From: the human T2T-CHM13v2.0 reference genome, Homo sapiens
Assembly (NCBI RefSeq): GCF_009914755.1
Contig: NC_060935.1
DNA length: 64,000 bases
Reading direction: 5' to 3' (one strand)
Shown: positions 1 through 17,879 of the stretch, piece by piece
Numbering within the stretch: the first letter of the stretch is position 1
How the letters are laid out: every line of letters starts with the position of its first letter
Notes under the pieces: model-generated
The model's input: only the letters and a program-made list of their open reading frames with translations
Told to the model about the DNA's origin: nothing
The model's database searches: none
Program-made: the position numbers and the translations under genes

Positions 1-14
1 TTTGCTTGCATTTC

Positions 15-160
15 CTTAGTCCTCACAAATAACTGGCAAGGGGGATATTGCTCCCCTCGTTTTCCAGGGAGGTAACTAAGACTGGGAGAAGTAAAATGAC
101 TTGACCAAGGTTACATAATGGGAAATGGAAGAAATGGGGCTTAAAATTAAGTCTGGCTGG
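15..160 (-). mobile_element. MIR SINE fragment
   Basis: Diverged reverse MIR core (cctcacaa...gtaaaatgacttgaccaaggttacat); ends approximate. Confidence 0.6.
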
Positions 161-244
161 CTGGGTAGAATTTGATGAGTGAAAAGAGGAGCAAACATTT
201 CTTGAGTTCCGAGTGCCTGGTAATAATTAGGCAGTAATACTTCA

Positions 245-440
245 GGCATCATGCTAGGCATGTTTATATACTCGGTCTCACTTAATCCTCACAACGTCCC
301 TGTAAGGTCAAAACAGTTAGCTTTGTTTTTCTGGTTGAGAAAATTGTGATGTGGAGAAATTTAGTAATCTGCCCAAGGTTTCATAGCTAGTGGAGCCAGG
401 ACAAGAATTCATGCCTCTCTGGCTACCAAGCCTGCTCTCT
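245..440 (-). mobile_element. MIR SINE
   Basis: ctcacttaatcctcacaac...ttagtaatctgcccaaggtttcatagctagtggagccagga; ends approximate. Confidence 0.7.
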
Positions 441-964
441 CTTCATTATTCCCTCTTTATGCTGAGAGCAGTAGAGAAAAAGGCATGAATGTGCACTTCC
501 CTGTGGGTCCTGAGATGTGTAAGAACTGTGACATGTACCAGCCAATGTGACCAGAGTAGTCTACACTCCAGGGGCTCTTCCCATTCTTTTCTCTGCTCGC
601 CCAAGGTTCTGACTCTTCCAGAATCTGCTTCACACTGAGCTGGCATCCTGAACAGATATGGGCAAGGCAGAAGTGCCTCATCTGCCAGGACCTTTTCACA
701 GCTGATTTGTTAATTGGGACAAGCACTCACAAAAGCACTGATTTGATGTCAACTAAATTATCTGGCACTCACAACCCAAATTAAAGATTTGAAGTGCATG
801 GTTGGCATTGGAATGATGCACTCCTTCCTCTCACAATAAATGACCTGGAGTTTCCCATACGATGGGAAGCAAAGGAAAGTGACTCTGTGACTACTACTCT
901 GTGACTCCAGCTACCATGTTCCAGGTACGACAATAACTGTGTGTGTGTGGTACAATCACACTGA

Positions 965-1070
965 GGATAAAGGGTTACAATCCCCATTTTACAGATGAAT
1001 AAACTAAAATAAACAAAACTCAGATCAAGTACAGTTCTCAAGGTTCTATGACTAACAAGCAGCAGGATAA
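965..1070 (-). mobile_element. MIR fragment
   Basis: atccccattttacagatgaataaact MIR core. Confidence 0.6.
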
Positions 1071-1259
1071 GGAGTGAGACACAGAGCAACAATATAATTA
1101 TTTTAAATCTATTTCTCTGTTTTTTTTTTTTTTTTTTTTTTTTCCGAATATTGAACAAAAGGAAAGTAAAGAACCTAGGAGAGAGGATGACATCGTACTT
1201 TGTTATGGCAACAGAATCACTTCGAGGAGAACCAGGAAGTACTATGTGGACCTTTAGAG

Positions 1260-1878
<619 letters not shown>

Positions 1879-2473
1879 TTAGGCACACACCCGGAAGAGT
1901 TGAGTTGCCAGCCAAGGACTCCTGACATTAAACTCTTCATGCATTGTTCTCCACTGCCCATTCTGCCTTCCATTTAGAAGATGTGGATGTTGAAGCCACA
2001 GACAGGAAAATCCCGAAAGTATTTTATAGAAAAAAAAATTCTCATACTGTGTTTATAAACCTAAAAATGCAAACAAGATGGTACTTTAGGAAGAAAGTTT
2101 CAGACCAGTAGTTAGCAGAGAAAGGAACTAAGACCCCTGAGATAACAAAATAAATGAATAAATCAGAAAGGGCTAAGTCCCGTCTTCACCTAGGAAATTA
2201 GACATTATTCTTAAATTAGAAAGACTGTTTTTGGGGCATGGAGAGTATGGGCAGGCATTGCCTCCTCTGCCTCTTGATAAATGAACAAGGAGTGTGAAGG
2301 GCTGTGTTTGACTTGCTGAATGCCTATTTAAGCCTCTTGGTGGAATGAAAACAGAGAACATGAGACAGGGATGGGAAAAGTGTGTGGCTGGTTGAAATAA
2401 GCACATGTGGTTGAAAGAGACATATTGCTGTTTGGTTCTCCCCCAACTGGCTGTGTGCCTTTGAGCAAGGGAC

Positions 2474-2918
2474 AGCACTTCTTTAAAGTGGTGGATGATC
2501 AGGATTTCTGTGGGAAAAAGTGAGCGTCACTGGGGAGAGCGGAGATGATTTAAAACATTAAAAATTTTCAACCCACTTTACATTATTTCTAATACTTTCT
2601 TATGAGATCAAGGAGAAAGGCTCACTTTGGTGCTGGTACATTTTCAAAATCATTCTATTTTGTGTGTGATCACTCATTACCTAATTTATATATAAATATA
2701 TATATATATATATATTAAATAGACAACAGACTCACAACTTCAAGCAATGCTATCTATTGCATAAGATAATGATGTTATTGTATTTATTTTTATCTTTAGA
2801 GATACTGCTTTCCTGTTTTTTGCAGTGATATAATGTTTAAGTAAAAAAAAGTCAGTAGAATTTAAATACTAGCTAAATACTACAGATGATATTTGAATGA
2901 AGGAAGTTTGGGAAACAC
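2474..2918. mobile_element. Possible ancient hAT-Charlie non-autonomous element with internal (TA)n
   Basis: Ends cagcacttctttaaagtg ... aagtttgggaaacac resemble decayed Charlie-type TIRs; family not resolved. Confidence 0.4.
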
Positions 2919-4241
2919 AAAACCAAGTGTTCTCTAAGGCCTTGCTATTCTAAGAGAAAAATGTACCAAGCAAACAGAAAACAGAAGAAAGCAGGAGTTG
3001 CTATGCTAATTTCAGACAAAACTGATTTTAAACCAACAAAGATTTAAAAAGACAAAGACAGACATTACATAATGGGAAAGGATTCAATTCAACATGAAGA
3101 CCTAAATATCCTAAATATATATGCATCCAACACAGGAGCATCAGGATTCATAAAGCAAATTTCTAGAGATCTTTAAAGAGACTTAGATAACTACACAATA
3201 ATATGGGGAGACATCAACCCCCCACTGACAGCATTTAACAAATCATCAAGGAAGAAAACTAACAAAGATATTCAGGACCTGAACTTGACACCTGGCCAAA
3301 CAGACCTAATAGACATCTACAAAGCTTTCTAATCCAAAACAGCAGAATATACATTCTCCTCATTAGCATGCAGCACATACTCTAAAATCAACTACACAGT
3401 CAGACATAAAACAATCCTCGGCAAATTTTTTAAAAAGTGAAATCATACAACTATACTCTAAGACCACAGTGCAACAGAAACAGAAATCAATACTAAGAAA
3501 ATTGCTCAAAATCATACAATTACATGGAAATTAAATAAACAGCACCTGAATGACTTTTGAGTTAATAATGAAATTAAGGCAGAAACAAAGAAATTCTTTG
3601 AAACTAATGAAAACAAAGATACAGCATACGAGAATCTCTGGGACACAGCTACAGTCACGTTAAGAGAGAAATTTATAATGCTAAATCCCCACATCGAAAA
3701 GTTAAAAAGATGTCAAATTAACAACCCAACATTACAACAAAAGGAACTATAGACAGAAGAGCAAACCAACTCCAAAGCTAACAGAAGACAAGAAATAACC
3801 CAAATCAGGCTGAACTGAAGGAAACTGAAGGAAACCATACAAAAGATCAACAAATCCAGGTGTTGGTTTCTTGAAAGAATTATTACAAAATAAGATAGAC
3901 TGCTGGCAGGACAAATAAAAAGAGAGAAAATCCATATAAACTCAATAAAAAATGACAAAAAAGACATTACCGTTGACTCCACAGAAATTCAAAAAACCAT
4001 GAGTGACTACTATGAACACCTCTATACACACAAGCTAGAAAACCTGGAATGCATGGATAAATTCCTGGAAATATACAATCATGTGAGAATAAACCATGTA
4101 GGAATTCAATTCCTGAACACACCAATAATGAGTTCCAAAACTGAATCAGTAATAAAAAGCCTACTAACCAGAAAAATCCCAGGACAAGGCAGATTCACAG
4201 CCAAATTCTGCCAGATACATAAAAAAGAGTTGGCATCATTC

Positions 4242-4660
4242 TGATATGGTTTGAATCTGTGTCACCACCCAAACCTTAGGTTCAATTGTAATCCCCAGTG
4301 TTGGAGGTGGGGCCTGGTGGGAGGTGACTGGATCATGGTGGCAGACTTCTCCTGAATGGTTTAGCATCATCCCTCTTGGTACTGTCCTTGTCATAGTGAG
4401 TGAGTTCTCATGAGATTTGGTTGTTTAAATGTGTGTAACACCTCCCCTCTCTATCTCTTGCTCCTGCTCTGGTCCTGTGACATGCCTGTTCCCCCTTTGC
4501 CTTCCAGCATGATTAGAAGCTTCCTGAGGCCTACCCAGAAGCAGATGCCTTTATGATTCCTGTGCAGCCTGCAGAACCATAAGCCAATTAAACCTCTTTT
4601 CTTTATGAACTACCGAGTCTCAGGTATTTCTTTGCAGAAATGTAAAAACAGCCTAATACA
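4242..4660 (+). mobile_element. MSTA-like solo LTR (ERVL-MaLR)
   Basis: TGATATGGTTTG...CTAATACA termini; exact 5-bp TSD cattc at 4237-4241 and 4661-4665. Confidence 0.93.
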
Positions 4661-6483
4661 CATTCCTACTGAAAGCATTCCAAAAAAACTGAGCAAGAGG
4701 GACTCCTATAACTCATTCCATGAGTCCAGCATCTCCCTGATACCAAAACCTGGCAGAGACATAAAAAAACAGGAAATTTCAGGCCAGTATCCTTGATAAA
4801 CTACAGATGCAAAAGTCCTCAACAAAATACTAGAAAACTGAATAGAGAAGCACATCAAAATGTTAATCCACCACAAACAAGTAGGCTTTATTCCTGGGAT
4901 GCAAGTTTGGTTCAGTATATACAAATCAATAAATGTGATTCATCACATAAACAGGACGAAAACCGAAAACCACATGATCATCTCAATAGATTCAGAAAAG
5001 ACTTCTGATAAAATTCAACATCAATTTATGTTAAAAACCCTCAGCAAACTAACCATTGAAGGAACATACTCCAAAAAACAAGAGCAATCTATGACAAGCC
5101 CACAGCCAACATCATACTGAATGGACAAAAGCTGAAAGCATTACCCTTTAAAACTGGAACAAGGCATTGCTGGCAAGAAGGTCAAATAGTAACAGCTCTT
5201 GTCTGCAGCTCCCAGCGAGATCAACGCAGGTGCTTTCTGCATTTCCAACTGAGGTGCCCGGTTCATCTCACTGGGACTGGTTGGACAGTGGGTGCAGCCT
5301 ACAGAGGGTGAGCCAAAGCAGGGAGGGGCATTGCCTCACCCAGGAAGCACAAGGGGTCAGAGAATTTTCTCCCCTACCCAACGGAAACTGTGAGGGACTG
5401 AGCCTGAGGAACTGTGCACTCCGGCCCAGATACGGCACTTGTCCCACAGTCTTCGCAACCCGCAGACTAGGAGATTTCCTCTGGTGCCTACCCCACCAGG
5501 AACCGGGATTTCAAGCACAAAACTGGGCAGCCATTTGGGCAGACACTGAACTTGCTGCAGGAGTTTTTTTTTTTTTTCCATACCCCAGTGGTGCCTGGAA
5601 CACCAGTAAGACAGAACCGTTCACTACCCTGGAAAGGGGTGCTGAAGCCAGGGAACCAAGTGATTTGGCTTAGTGGGTCCCACCCCCACAGAGCCCAGCA
5701 AACTAAGATCCACTGGCTTGAAATTCTTGCAGCCAGCACAGCAGCAGTCTGAGATCGACCTGGGATGCTCAAGTTTGGTTGAGGGAGAGGCGTCCACCAT
5801 TGCTGAAGCTTGAGTAGGCAGTTTTACAGTCACAGTGTAAACAAAGCCACCAGGAAGTTGGAACCGGGCGGAGCCCACTGCAGCTCAGCAAGGCTACTGT
5901 GGCCAGACTGCCAGATTTCTCCTCTCTGGGCATGGCATCTCTGAAAAAACAGCAGCAGCCCCAGTCAGGGACTTATAGATAAAACCCCCATCTCCCTGGG
6001 ACAGAGCACCCGAGGGAAGGGGCGGCTGTGGGCACAGTTTCCGCAGACTTAAATGTCCCTGCCTGATGGCTCTGAAAAGAGCAGCGGATCTCCCAGCACA
6101 GCGTTTGAGCTCTACTAAGGGTCAGACTGCCTTCTCAAGTGGGTCTCTTACCCCTGTGCCTCCTGACTGGGAGACACCTCCCAGTAGGGGCCAACAGACA
6201 CCTAATACAGGAGAGCTCTGGCTGGCATCTGGCAGGTACTCCTCTGGGATGAAGCTTCCAGAGGCAGAACAGGCAGCAATCATTGCTGTTCTGCAGCCCC
6301 CACTGGTGATACCCTGGCAAACAGGGTTGGGAACGGACCTCTAGCAAACTCCAGCAGATCTGCAGCAGAACAGTCTGACAATTAGAAGGGAAACTAACAA
6401 ACAGAAAGGAAAAGCACATCCACTCAAAGACCCCATTTGAAGGTCAATAACGTCAAAGACCAAAGGCAGATAAATCCACAAAG

Positions 6484-7509
6484 ATGGGGAGAAACCAGTG
6501 CAAAAAGACTGAAAATTCCAAAAACTAGAACACCTCTTCACCTCCAAAGGATCACAACTGCTTGCCAACAAGGGAACAAAACTGGACAGAGAATGAGTTT
6601 GATGAACTGATTAGAGGTAGGCTTCAGAAGGTGGGTAATAACAAACTCCACTGAGCTAAAGGAGTATGTTCTAGCCCAATGCAAGAAAGCGAAGAACCTT
6701 GAAAAAGGTTAGATGAATTGCTAACTAGAATAACCAGTTTAGAGAAGAATATAAATGACCTGATGGAGCTGAAAAACACAGCACGAGAACTTCGTGAAAC
6801 ATACACAGGTATCAATAGCCAAGGTGATCAAGTGGAAGAAAGGATATCAGTGACTGAAGATAAACTTAATGAAATAAAGCGAGAAGACAAGATTAGACAA
6901 AAAGGAATAAAAAGGAATGAACAAAGCCTCCAAGAAATACGAGACTATGTGAAAAGACCAACTCTACATTTGATGGTGTACCTGAAAGTGACAGGGAGAA
7001 TGGAACCAAGTTGGAAAACACTCCCCGGGCTATTATCCAGGAGAACTTCCCCAACCTAGCAAGACAGGCCAAAATTCAAATTCAGGAAATATAGAGAACA
7101 CCACAAAGATACTCCTAGAGAAGAGCAACCACAAGACACATAATTGTCACATTCACCAAGGTTGAAATGAAGGAAAAAACGTTAAGGGCAGCCAGAGAGA
7201 AAGGTTGGGTTACCCACAAAGGGAAGCCCATCCAACTAATAGCAGATCTCTCTGCAGAAACCCTACAAGCCAGAAGAAAGTGGGGGGCCAATATTCAACA
7301 TTCTTAAAGAAAAGAATTTTCAACTCAGAATTTCATATCCAGCCAAAATAAACATCCTAAGTGAAGGAGAAATAAAATCCTTTATAGACAAGCAAATGCT
7401 GAGATATTTTATCACCACCAGGCCTGCTTTACAAGAACTCCTGAAGGAAGCACTAAACATGGAAAGGAACAACCGGTACCAGCCACTGCAAAAACAAACC
7501 AAATTGTAA
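6484..7509 (+). pseudogene. L1 ORF1p, disrupted
   Basis: ATG GGG AGA AAC CAG at 6484, TAA at 7507-7509; fragment 6718-7059 encodes coiled-coil LEKNINDLMELKNTARELRE; stops/frameshifts break the frame. Confidence 0.9.
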
Positions 7510-7572
7510 AGAACATTGACACCATGGAGAAACTGCATCAACTAATGGATGAAACAACCAGCTAGCATAATA

Positions 7573-11394
<3,822 letters not shown>

Positions 11395-13769
11395 ATGATG
11401 AGAACACATGGACACAGGGAGGTGAACATCACACACCGGGGCCTCTTGGCGGGTGGAGGGCTAGGGGAGGGCTAGCGTTAGGACAAATACCTAATGTAGG
11501 TGACAGGTTGATGGGTGCAGCAAACCACCATGGCATGTGTATACCTATGTAACAAAACTGCACATTTTACACATGTACCCCAGAACTTAAAGTATAATAA
11601 TAATAATAAAAACTGGAACAAGGCAAGGATGCCCACTGTCACCACTTCCCTTTAACACACTACTGGAAGTCCTGACAAGAGCAATCAGGCAAGAGAAAGA
11701 AATAAAAGGCATTCAAATAGGAAAAGATGAAATCAAACTATACCTGTTTGCAGATGAAATGATTCAATTTGTAGAAAGCCCCATAGTCTATGCCCAAAAG
11801 CTCCTTGATCTGATAAACAACTTAAGTGAAGTTTCATAATACAAAATCAATGTGCAAAAATCACTAGCATTCCTATATACCAACAACAGCCAAGCCAATA
11901 GCTAAATCAAGTATGCAATTTCATTCACAATAGCCACAAAAAGGATAAAATATCTAGAAATACAACTAACCATGGAGGTGAAAGATCTCTACAAGAAGAA
12001 CTGCAATACACTGCTCAAAGAAATCAAAGATGACACAAACAAATGAAAAAACATTCCATGCTCATGGATAGGAAGAATCAATATTGTCAAAGTGTTCATA
12101 GTGCCAAAAGCAAATTTATAGATTGTAAGATATCCCTATTAAACTAACAATAATATTCTTGACAGAATTAGAAATAATTATTTAAAAATACACATGAAAC
12201 CAAAAAAGAGCCTGAATAGCCAAGGGAATCCTAAGCAAAAAGAACAAAACTGGAGGCATTACCTTACGCAACCTCAACCTATACTATAGGGCTACACAGT
12301 AGCCCAGGCAGCATGATACTGGCACAAAAACGGATACACAGACCAATAGAACAGAATAGAGAGCCCAGAAATTATGCAGCATACCTACAACCATTTGGTC
12401 TTCGATAAAGCCAACAAAAACAAGCAATGGGAAAAAGACTCCCTATTCAATAAATAGTGTTGAGTTAACTTGCTAGCCATATGGAGAATATTGAAACTAG
12501 ACCCCTGACTTACGCCATATACAAAAATCAACTCAAGATGGATTCAAGGCTTAAATGGAAAGTCTAAAACTAAAATATCCTGAAAGGTAACCTAGGAAAT
12601 ACCATTGTAGACATAGAAATAGGCAAAAATTTCATGACAAAGATGCCAAAAGCAATTGCAGCAAAACTAACAACTGACAAATGGGATCTAATTAAACTAG
12701 AGCTTCTGCACAGCAAAATAAATTATTAACAGAGTAAACAGACAACCTGCAGAATGGGAGAAAATATTTGCAAACTATGCATCTGATAAGGGTCTAATAT
12801 GCAGAATCTATAAGGAACTTAAACAAATCAACAAGCAAAAAAACAAATAACCCTATTAAAAAGTGGGCAAAGGACATGAACTTTTCGAAAGAAGATGTAA
12901 ATGTGGCCAAAAAGCATATGAAAACATGGTCAACATCAGTAATCATCAGAGAATTGCAAATCAAAACCACAATGAGATGTCATCTTACATCAGTCAGAAT
13001 GGTTATTAATAAAAGCTAAAAAAAAACAGATGCTGGCAAGGTTGCAGAGAAAAGGAAACACTAATTACACTGCTGGTGGGAATGTAAATAGTTCAGCCAT
13101 TGTGGAAAGCTGCTTGGTGATTTTTCAAAGAACTCGAAGCAGAATTACCATTTGACCCAGCCATCCCATTATTGAGTATATACTCAAAGGAATATAAATC
13201 ATTCTACCATAAAGACACATGTACACGTGTGCTCATTGGAGGACTATTCACAATAGCAAAGGCATAGAATCGGCCTAAATGCCCATTAATGGTAGACTGG
13301 ATAAAGAAAATGTGGTACAAATATACCATGGAATACTACACAGCCATAATAAAAATGAGATCATGTGCTTTGCAGCAACAGGAATGAAACTGGAGGTCAT
13401 TATCCTAAGCAAACTAATACAGGAACAGAAAACCAAATATTGCATATTCACGCATAAAAGTGGGGGCTAAATACTGAGTACAAATGGTCACAAAGAAGGG
13501 AACAACAGAGACTGAGGCCTACGTGAGAATGGAGGGAGGCAGGAGGAGGATCAAAACACTACCTATCAGGTACTATGCTTATTACCTGGGTGGAAAAATA
13601 ATCTATACACCAAACCCCCTGGCATGCAATTTACCTATATAAGAGACCTGCACATGTACCCCTGAAACTAAAATAAAAGTTGAAAAAAAAGACCTTATAT
13701 TCTAGATGCAAAATTAGAAAGGCACACTCCTGCCCTCAAGAAGTGCAGTCTTCTTGGAGAGCTAGGGAG

Positions 13770-14439
13770 TGTCTGGGACTAAAAGAAAAACTTTTTTTCT
13801 ATACTCACAATACTTCTGACACCAAATGGATGATTTTCCATACCAAGCAATTCTCTAATTCTCTGTGGACACCAACTGGGTGCCCTACAATTTAATTCAA
13901 TTCAGACACTACCTGGAGTTAGTGCAGACCCCACAGGTTAAGGGCTCAGTCCCACAAGACTGCCTCTCACTTCAGATGCCAATTGCAAGTAGTGGGTCCC
14001 CAGGTTACCCATACTTTTGCGTGACTTGGTTACAACTTGAGGGTTCCAGGATTCCCTCTCCAGGTACTCCACTCCCAGAACCTTGTTCCAAAAGCTCCTC
14101 GTACCCCATTGTTTAGGGTTTTCATGGAGGTTCCGTTACATAAACATGATTGATAGAATCACTGGCCATTGGTAATTAGCTCAATCTTCATTCCACCCCA
14201 GGCCAGATAGTGGGGCTTAAAGTTCCAACCTTCTAACCACATGGTTGGTTCCTCTGACAACCAGCTCCCATCTTCCAAGAGTCACCACATTAATAAAAAC
14301 TCAAGTTATGGTTGAAGGGGCCTTATTAGGAATCACAAAAGATGTTCCTCTCACCCTTATCACTCAGGAAATTTCAAGGGTATGTGTAAAGAATGGAGGA
14401 AGAAGACCAAATAAGTATTTCTTCTATCATGATATCACA
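13770..14439 (-). mobile_element. MER21-family solo LTR
   Basis: acttctgacaccaa...ttaagggctcagtcccacaagactgcc..cacttcagatgcc; TG...CA ends. Confidence 0.8.
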
Positions 14440-14698
14440 GAAACTTTATATAATATAATGCACAATATACTCCTATGGCATAGAAAGAGAAGTATAGGCA
14501 TATATCAGAGATACTGCGGGTTCAGTTCCAGACCACTACAATAAAGTGAGTATTGTAATGAATTAAGTCACACAATTTTTTTGGTTTCCCAATGAGTACA
14601 AAAGTTATGTTCATTCTATGCTATAGTCTATCAAGTGTACAATAGCATTTTATTTTAAAAAACAATGTGTGCACCTTAATTTAAAATACTTTATTGCT

Positions 14699-14876
14699 TA
14701 GGTAGGAGAGAAGATTTGGAATGTTCTCAACACAAATAAATGATAAGTGTTTGAAGTGATGGAGATCCCAATTACCCTAATTTGATCATTACACATTGTA
14801 TGCGTGTATCAAAATATCACATGTACCCCCCAAATATGTACAATTATTATGTATCAAGTTTTAAAGCCTTAGAAAG
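14699..14876 (+). mobile_element. L1MA-type 3' end fragment inside Tigger1
   Basis: aatgttctcaacacaaa..aatgataa..aattaccctaatttgatcattacacattg..tcaaaatatcacatgtacccc; TSD aatactttattgct (14685-14698) / aatactttacagct (14877-14890). Confidence 0.85.
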
Positions 14877-14932
14877 AATACTTTACAGCTAAAAAATGTC
14901 AACCATCATCTGAGACTTCAGCAAGTTATAAT

Positions 14933-15233
14933 TTTTTTTTTTTTTTTTTTTTTTATTGAGATGGATTCTCTCCCTGTTGTCCAGGCTGGTGTGCAATGAT
15001 CTTGGCTCACTGCAACCCTCATGTCCCGGATTCAAGTGATTCTCCTGCCTCAGCCTCCCGAGTAGCTGGGATTACAGGCACGTGCCACCACACCTGGCTA
15101 ATTTTTTGTATCTTTAGTAGAGATGGGGTTTCACCATGTTGGTGAGGCTGGTTTTGAACTCCTGACCTCGTGATCCGCCTGCCTTGACCTCCCAAAGTGC
15201 TTGGACTACAGGTGTGAGCCACCGTGCCTGGCC
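14933..15233 (-). mobile_element. Alu, AluSg-like, inside Tigger1
   Basis: Reverse Alu with T tail; exact 14-bp TSD cagcaagttataat at 14919-14932 and 15234-15247. Confidence 0.95.
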
Positions 15234-15358
15234 CAGCAAGTTATAATCTTTTTGCTGGTGAGGGGTTTTGCCTTAGTGATGGTTTCTGACTGATCGAGGT
15301 GGTGGTTGTCAAAGGTTGAGGTGTTGTGGCAATTTCTTAAAATAAGACAATAATCAGC

Positions 15359-16731
15359 TTACCAAATTGACCGACTCTTCATGAGATATTTCTCTGTAGC
15401 ATGAGATGTGTTTGGTAGCATTTTGCCTACCATAGAACTTCTTTCAAAATTCGAATCAATCTTCTCAAACCCTGCCACTGCTTTATCAAACAAGTTTATG
15501 TAATATTCTAAATTCTTTGTTGTCATTTCAACAATGTTCACAGTACCTTCACCAGGAGTATATTCTTTCTTCAGAAACCACTGTCTTTGCTCATCCATAA
15601 GAAGCAACTCCTCATTCAACAAAGTTTTATCATGAGATTGCAGCAATTCAGTCACATCTTTAGGCTCCACTTGTAATTCTAGTTCTCTTGCTATTTTCAC
15701 CATATCTGCAGTTACTTCCTTCCCGTGAAGTCTTCAACTCCTCAAAGTTACCAATGAGAGTTGGAATCAACTTCTTTCAAACTCCTGTTAATGCTGATAT
15801 TTTGACCTCCTCCCATGAATCACAAATGTTCTTAATGGAATCCAGTATGGTGAATCTTTTTCCATAATGTTTTCAATTTACTTTGTCCAGATCTGTCAGA
15901 GGAATCACTATGGCAGATGTAGCTTTACTAAACATACTTAAATAATAAGACTTGAAAGTCAAAATTACTCCTTGATCCATGGGCTGCAGAATGGATGCTG
16001 TGTTACCAGGCATAAAAACAACATTAGTCTCCTTGTACATCTCCATTAGATTTCTTGAGTTACCAGGAATATTAGTGAGGAGTAATACTTTGAAAGGAAT
16101 CTCTTTTTCTGAACAGTAGATCTCAACAGTGGGCTCAAACTATTCAGCAAACCATGCTGTAAAACAGATGTGCTGTCATTCAGACTTTGTTGCTGTATTT
16201 ATAGAGCACAGGCAGAATAGAGTTAGCAAAATTCTTACAGGTTCTTGGATTTCTGGAACGGTAAGCAAGCATTAGCTTCAACTTAGTCACTAGCTGTATT
16301 TGCCCCTAACAAGAGAATCAGCCTGTCCTTTGAAGCTTTGAAGCCAAGCATTCTTTCTAGCTATGAAAGTCCTAGATGGTACTTTCTTGCAGTAAAAGGC
16401 TGCCTTTTCTATATTGAAAATTTGTTGATTAGTGTAGTCAACCTTAATTATCTTTGCTAGATATTCTGAATAACTTGCTGCAGCTTCTCCAACAGCACAT
16501 GCTGTTTCACTTTGCACCTTTATGTTCTGGAGGTGGCTTCTTTCCTTAAACCTAATGAAACAACCTCTGCTAGCTTCCAACTTTTCTTCTGCAGCTTCCT
16601 CATCTCTCTCAGCCTTCAGAGAATTGAAGAAAGTTAGGCCCTTACTCTGGATTAGGCTATGGCTTAAAGAATGTCATGGCTGGTTTAGTCTTCTATTTAG
16701 ACCACTAATACTTTCTCCATATCAGCAATAA
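15359..16731 (-). pseudogene. Tigger1 (pogo/CENP-B-like) transposase remnant
   Basis: ORF 15359-15703 ([24 protein letters not shown]) and ORF 16290-16580 ([16 protein letters not shown]...[23 protein letters not shown]). Confidence 0.85.
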
Positions 16732-17000
16732 GGCCGAAAATGTTTAAAATGTTGTAAGAATTACCAAAATGTGACACAGAGACACAAACTGAACACACGA
16801 CTTTGGAAAAATGAGGCCAATAGACTTGCTGGATGAAGGGTTGCCACAAAACTTCAATTTGTAAAAAACACATTATCTATGAAGTGCAGTAAAGTGAAGC
16901 ACAGTAAAACAAGGTAAGCCTGTATAACCTTGGTTCTAATTTCCAACTGTTTTGATCCTACTAGTTGTGAAACTTTTTTGTAGGTTTTGGTAAGATTCTT

Positions 17001-17879
17001 TTTTTTTATTATTATACTTTAAGTTTTATGGTACATGTGCACATTGTGCAGGTTAGTTACATATGTATACATGTGCCATGCTGGTGTGCTGCACCCATTA
17101 ACTCGTCATTTAGCATTAGGTATATCTCCTAATGCTATCCCTTCCCCCTCCCCCCACCCCACAACAGTCCCAAGAGTGTGATGTTCCCCTTCCTGTGTCC
17201 ATGTGTTCTCATTGTTCAATTCCCATCTATGAGTGAGAACATGCGGTGTTTGGTTTTTTGTCCTTGTGATAGTTTACAGAGAATGATGATTTCCAATTTC
17301 ATCCATGTCCCTGCAAAGGACATGAACTCATCATTTTTTATGGCTGCATAGTATTCCATGGTGTATATGTGCCACATTTTCTTAATCCAGTCTATCATTG
17401 TTGGACATTTGGGTTGGTTCCAAGTCTTTGCTATTGTGAATAGTGCTGCAATAAACATACGTGTGCATGTGTCTTTATAGCAGCATGATTTATAGTCCTT
17501 TGGGTATATACCCAGTAATGGGATGGCTGGGTCAAATGGTATTTCTAGTTCTAGATCCCTGAGAAATCGCCACACTGACTTCCACAATGGTTGAACTAGT
17601 TTACAGTCCCACCAACAGTGTAAAAGTGTTCGTATTTCTCCACATCCTCTCCAGCACCTGTTGTTTCCTGACTTTTTAATGATTGCCATTCTAACTGGTG
17701 TGAGATGGTATCTCATAGTGGTTTTGATTTGCATTTCTCTGATGGCCAGTGATGATGAGCATTTTTTCATGTGTTTTTTGGCTGCATAAATGTCTTCTTT
17801 TGAGAAGTGTCTGTTCATATCCTTTGCCCACTTTTTGATGGGGTTGTTTGTTTTTTTCTTGTAAATTTGTTTGAGTTTG
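17001..17879 (-). mobile_element. 5'-truncated young L1 (L1PA3-like), inserted in a MIR
   Basis: 3' UTR plus uninterrupted ORF2 C-terminus (17216-17818, CWRGCG..HCWWDC knuckle); exact 12-bp TSD ggtaagattctt at 16989-17000 and 17880-17891. Confidence 0.95.

Larger units (their letters stand above)
14495..16922 (-). mobile_element. Tigger1 DNA transposon, internally deleted, with two nested retroelements
   Basis: TIR-like ends taggcatat... and ...aaggtaagcctg, flanked by TA at 14493-14494 and 16923-16924; transposase-like ORF fragments. Confidence 0.93.
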
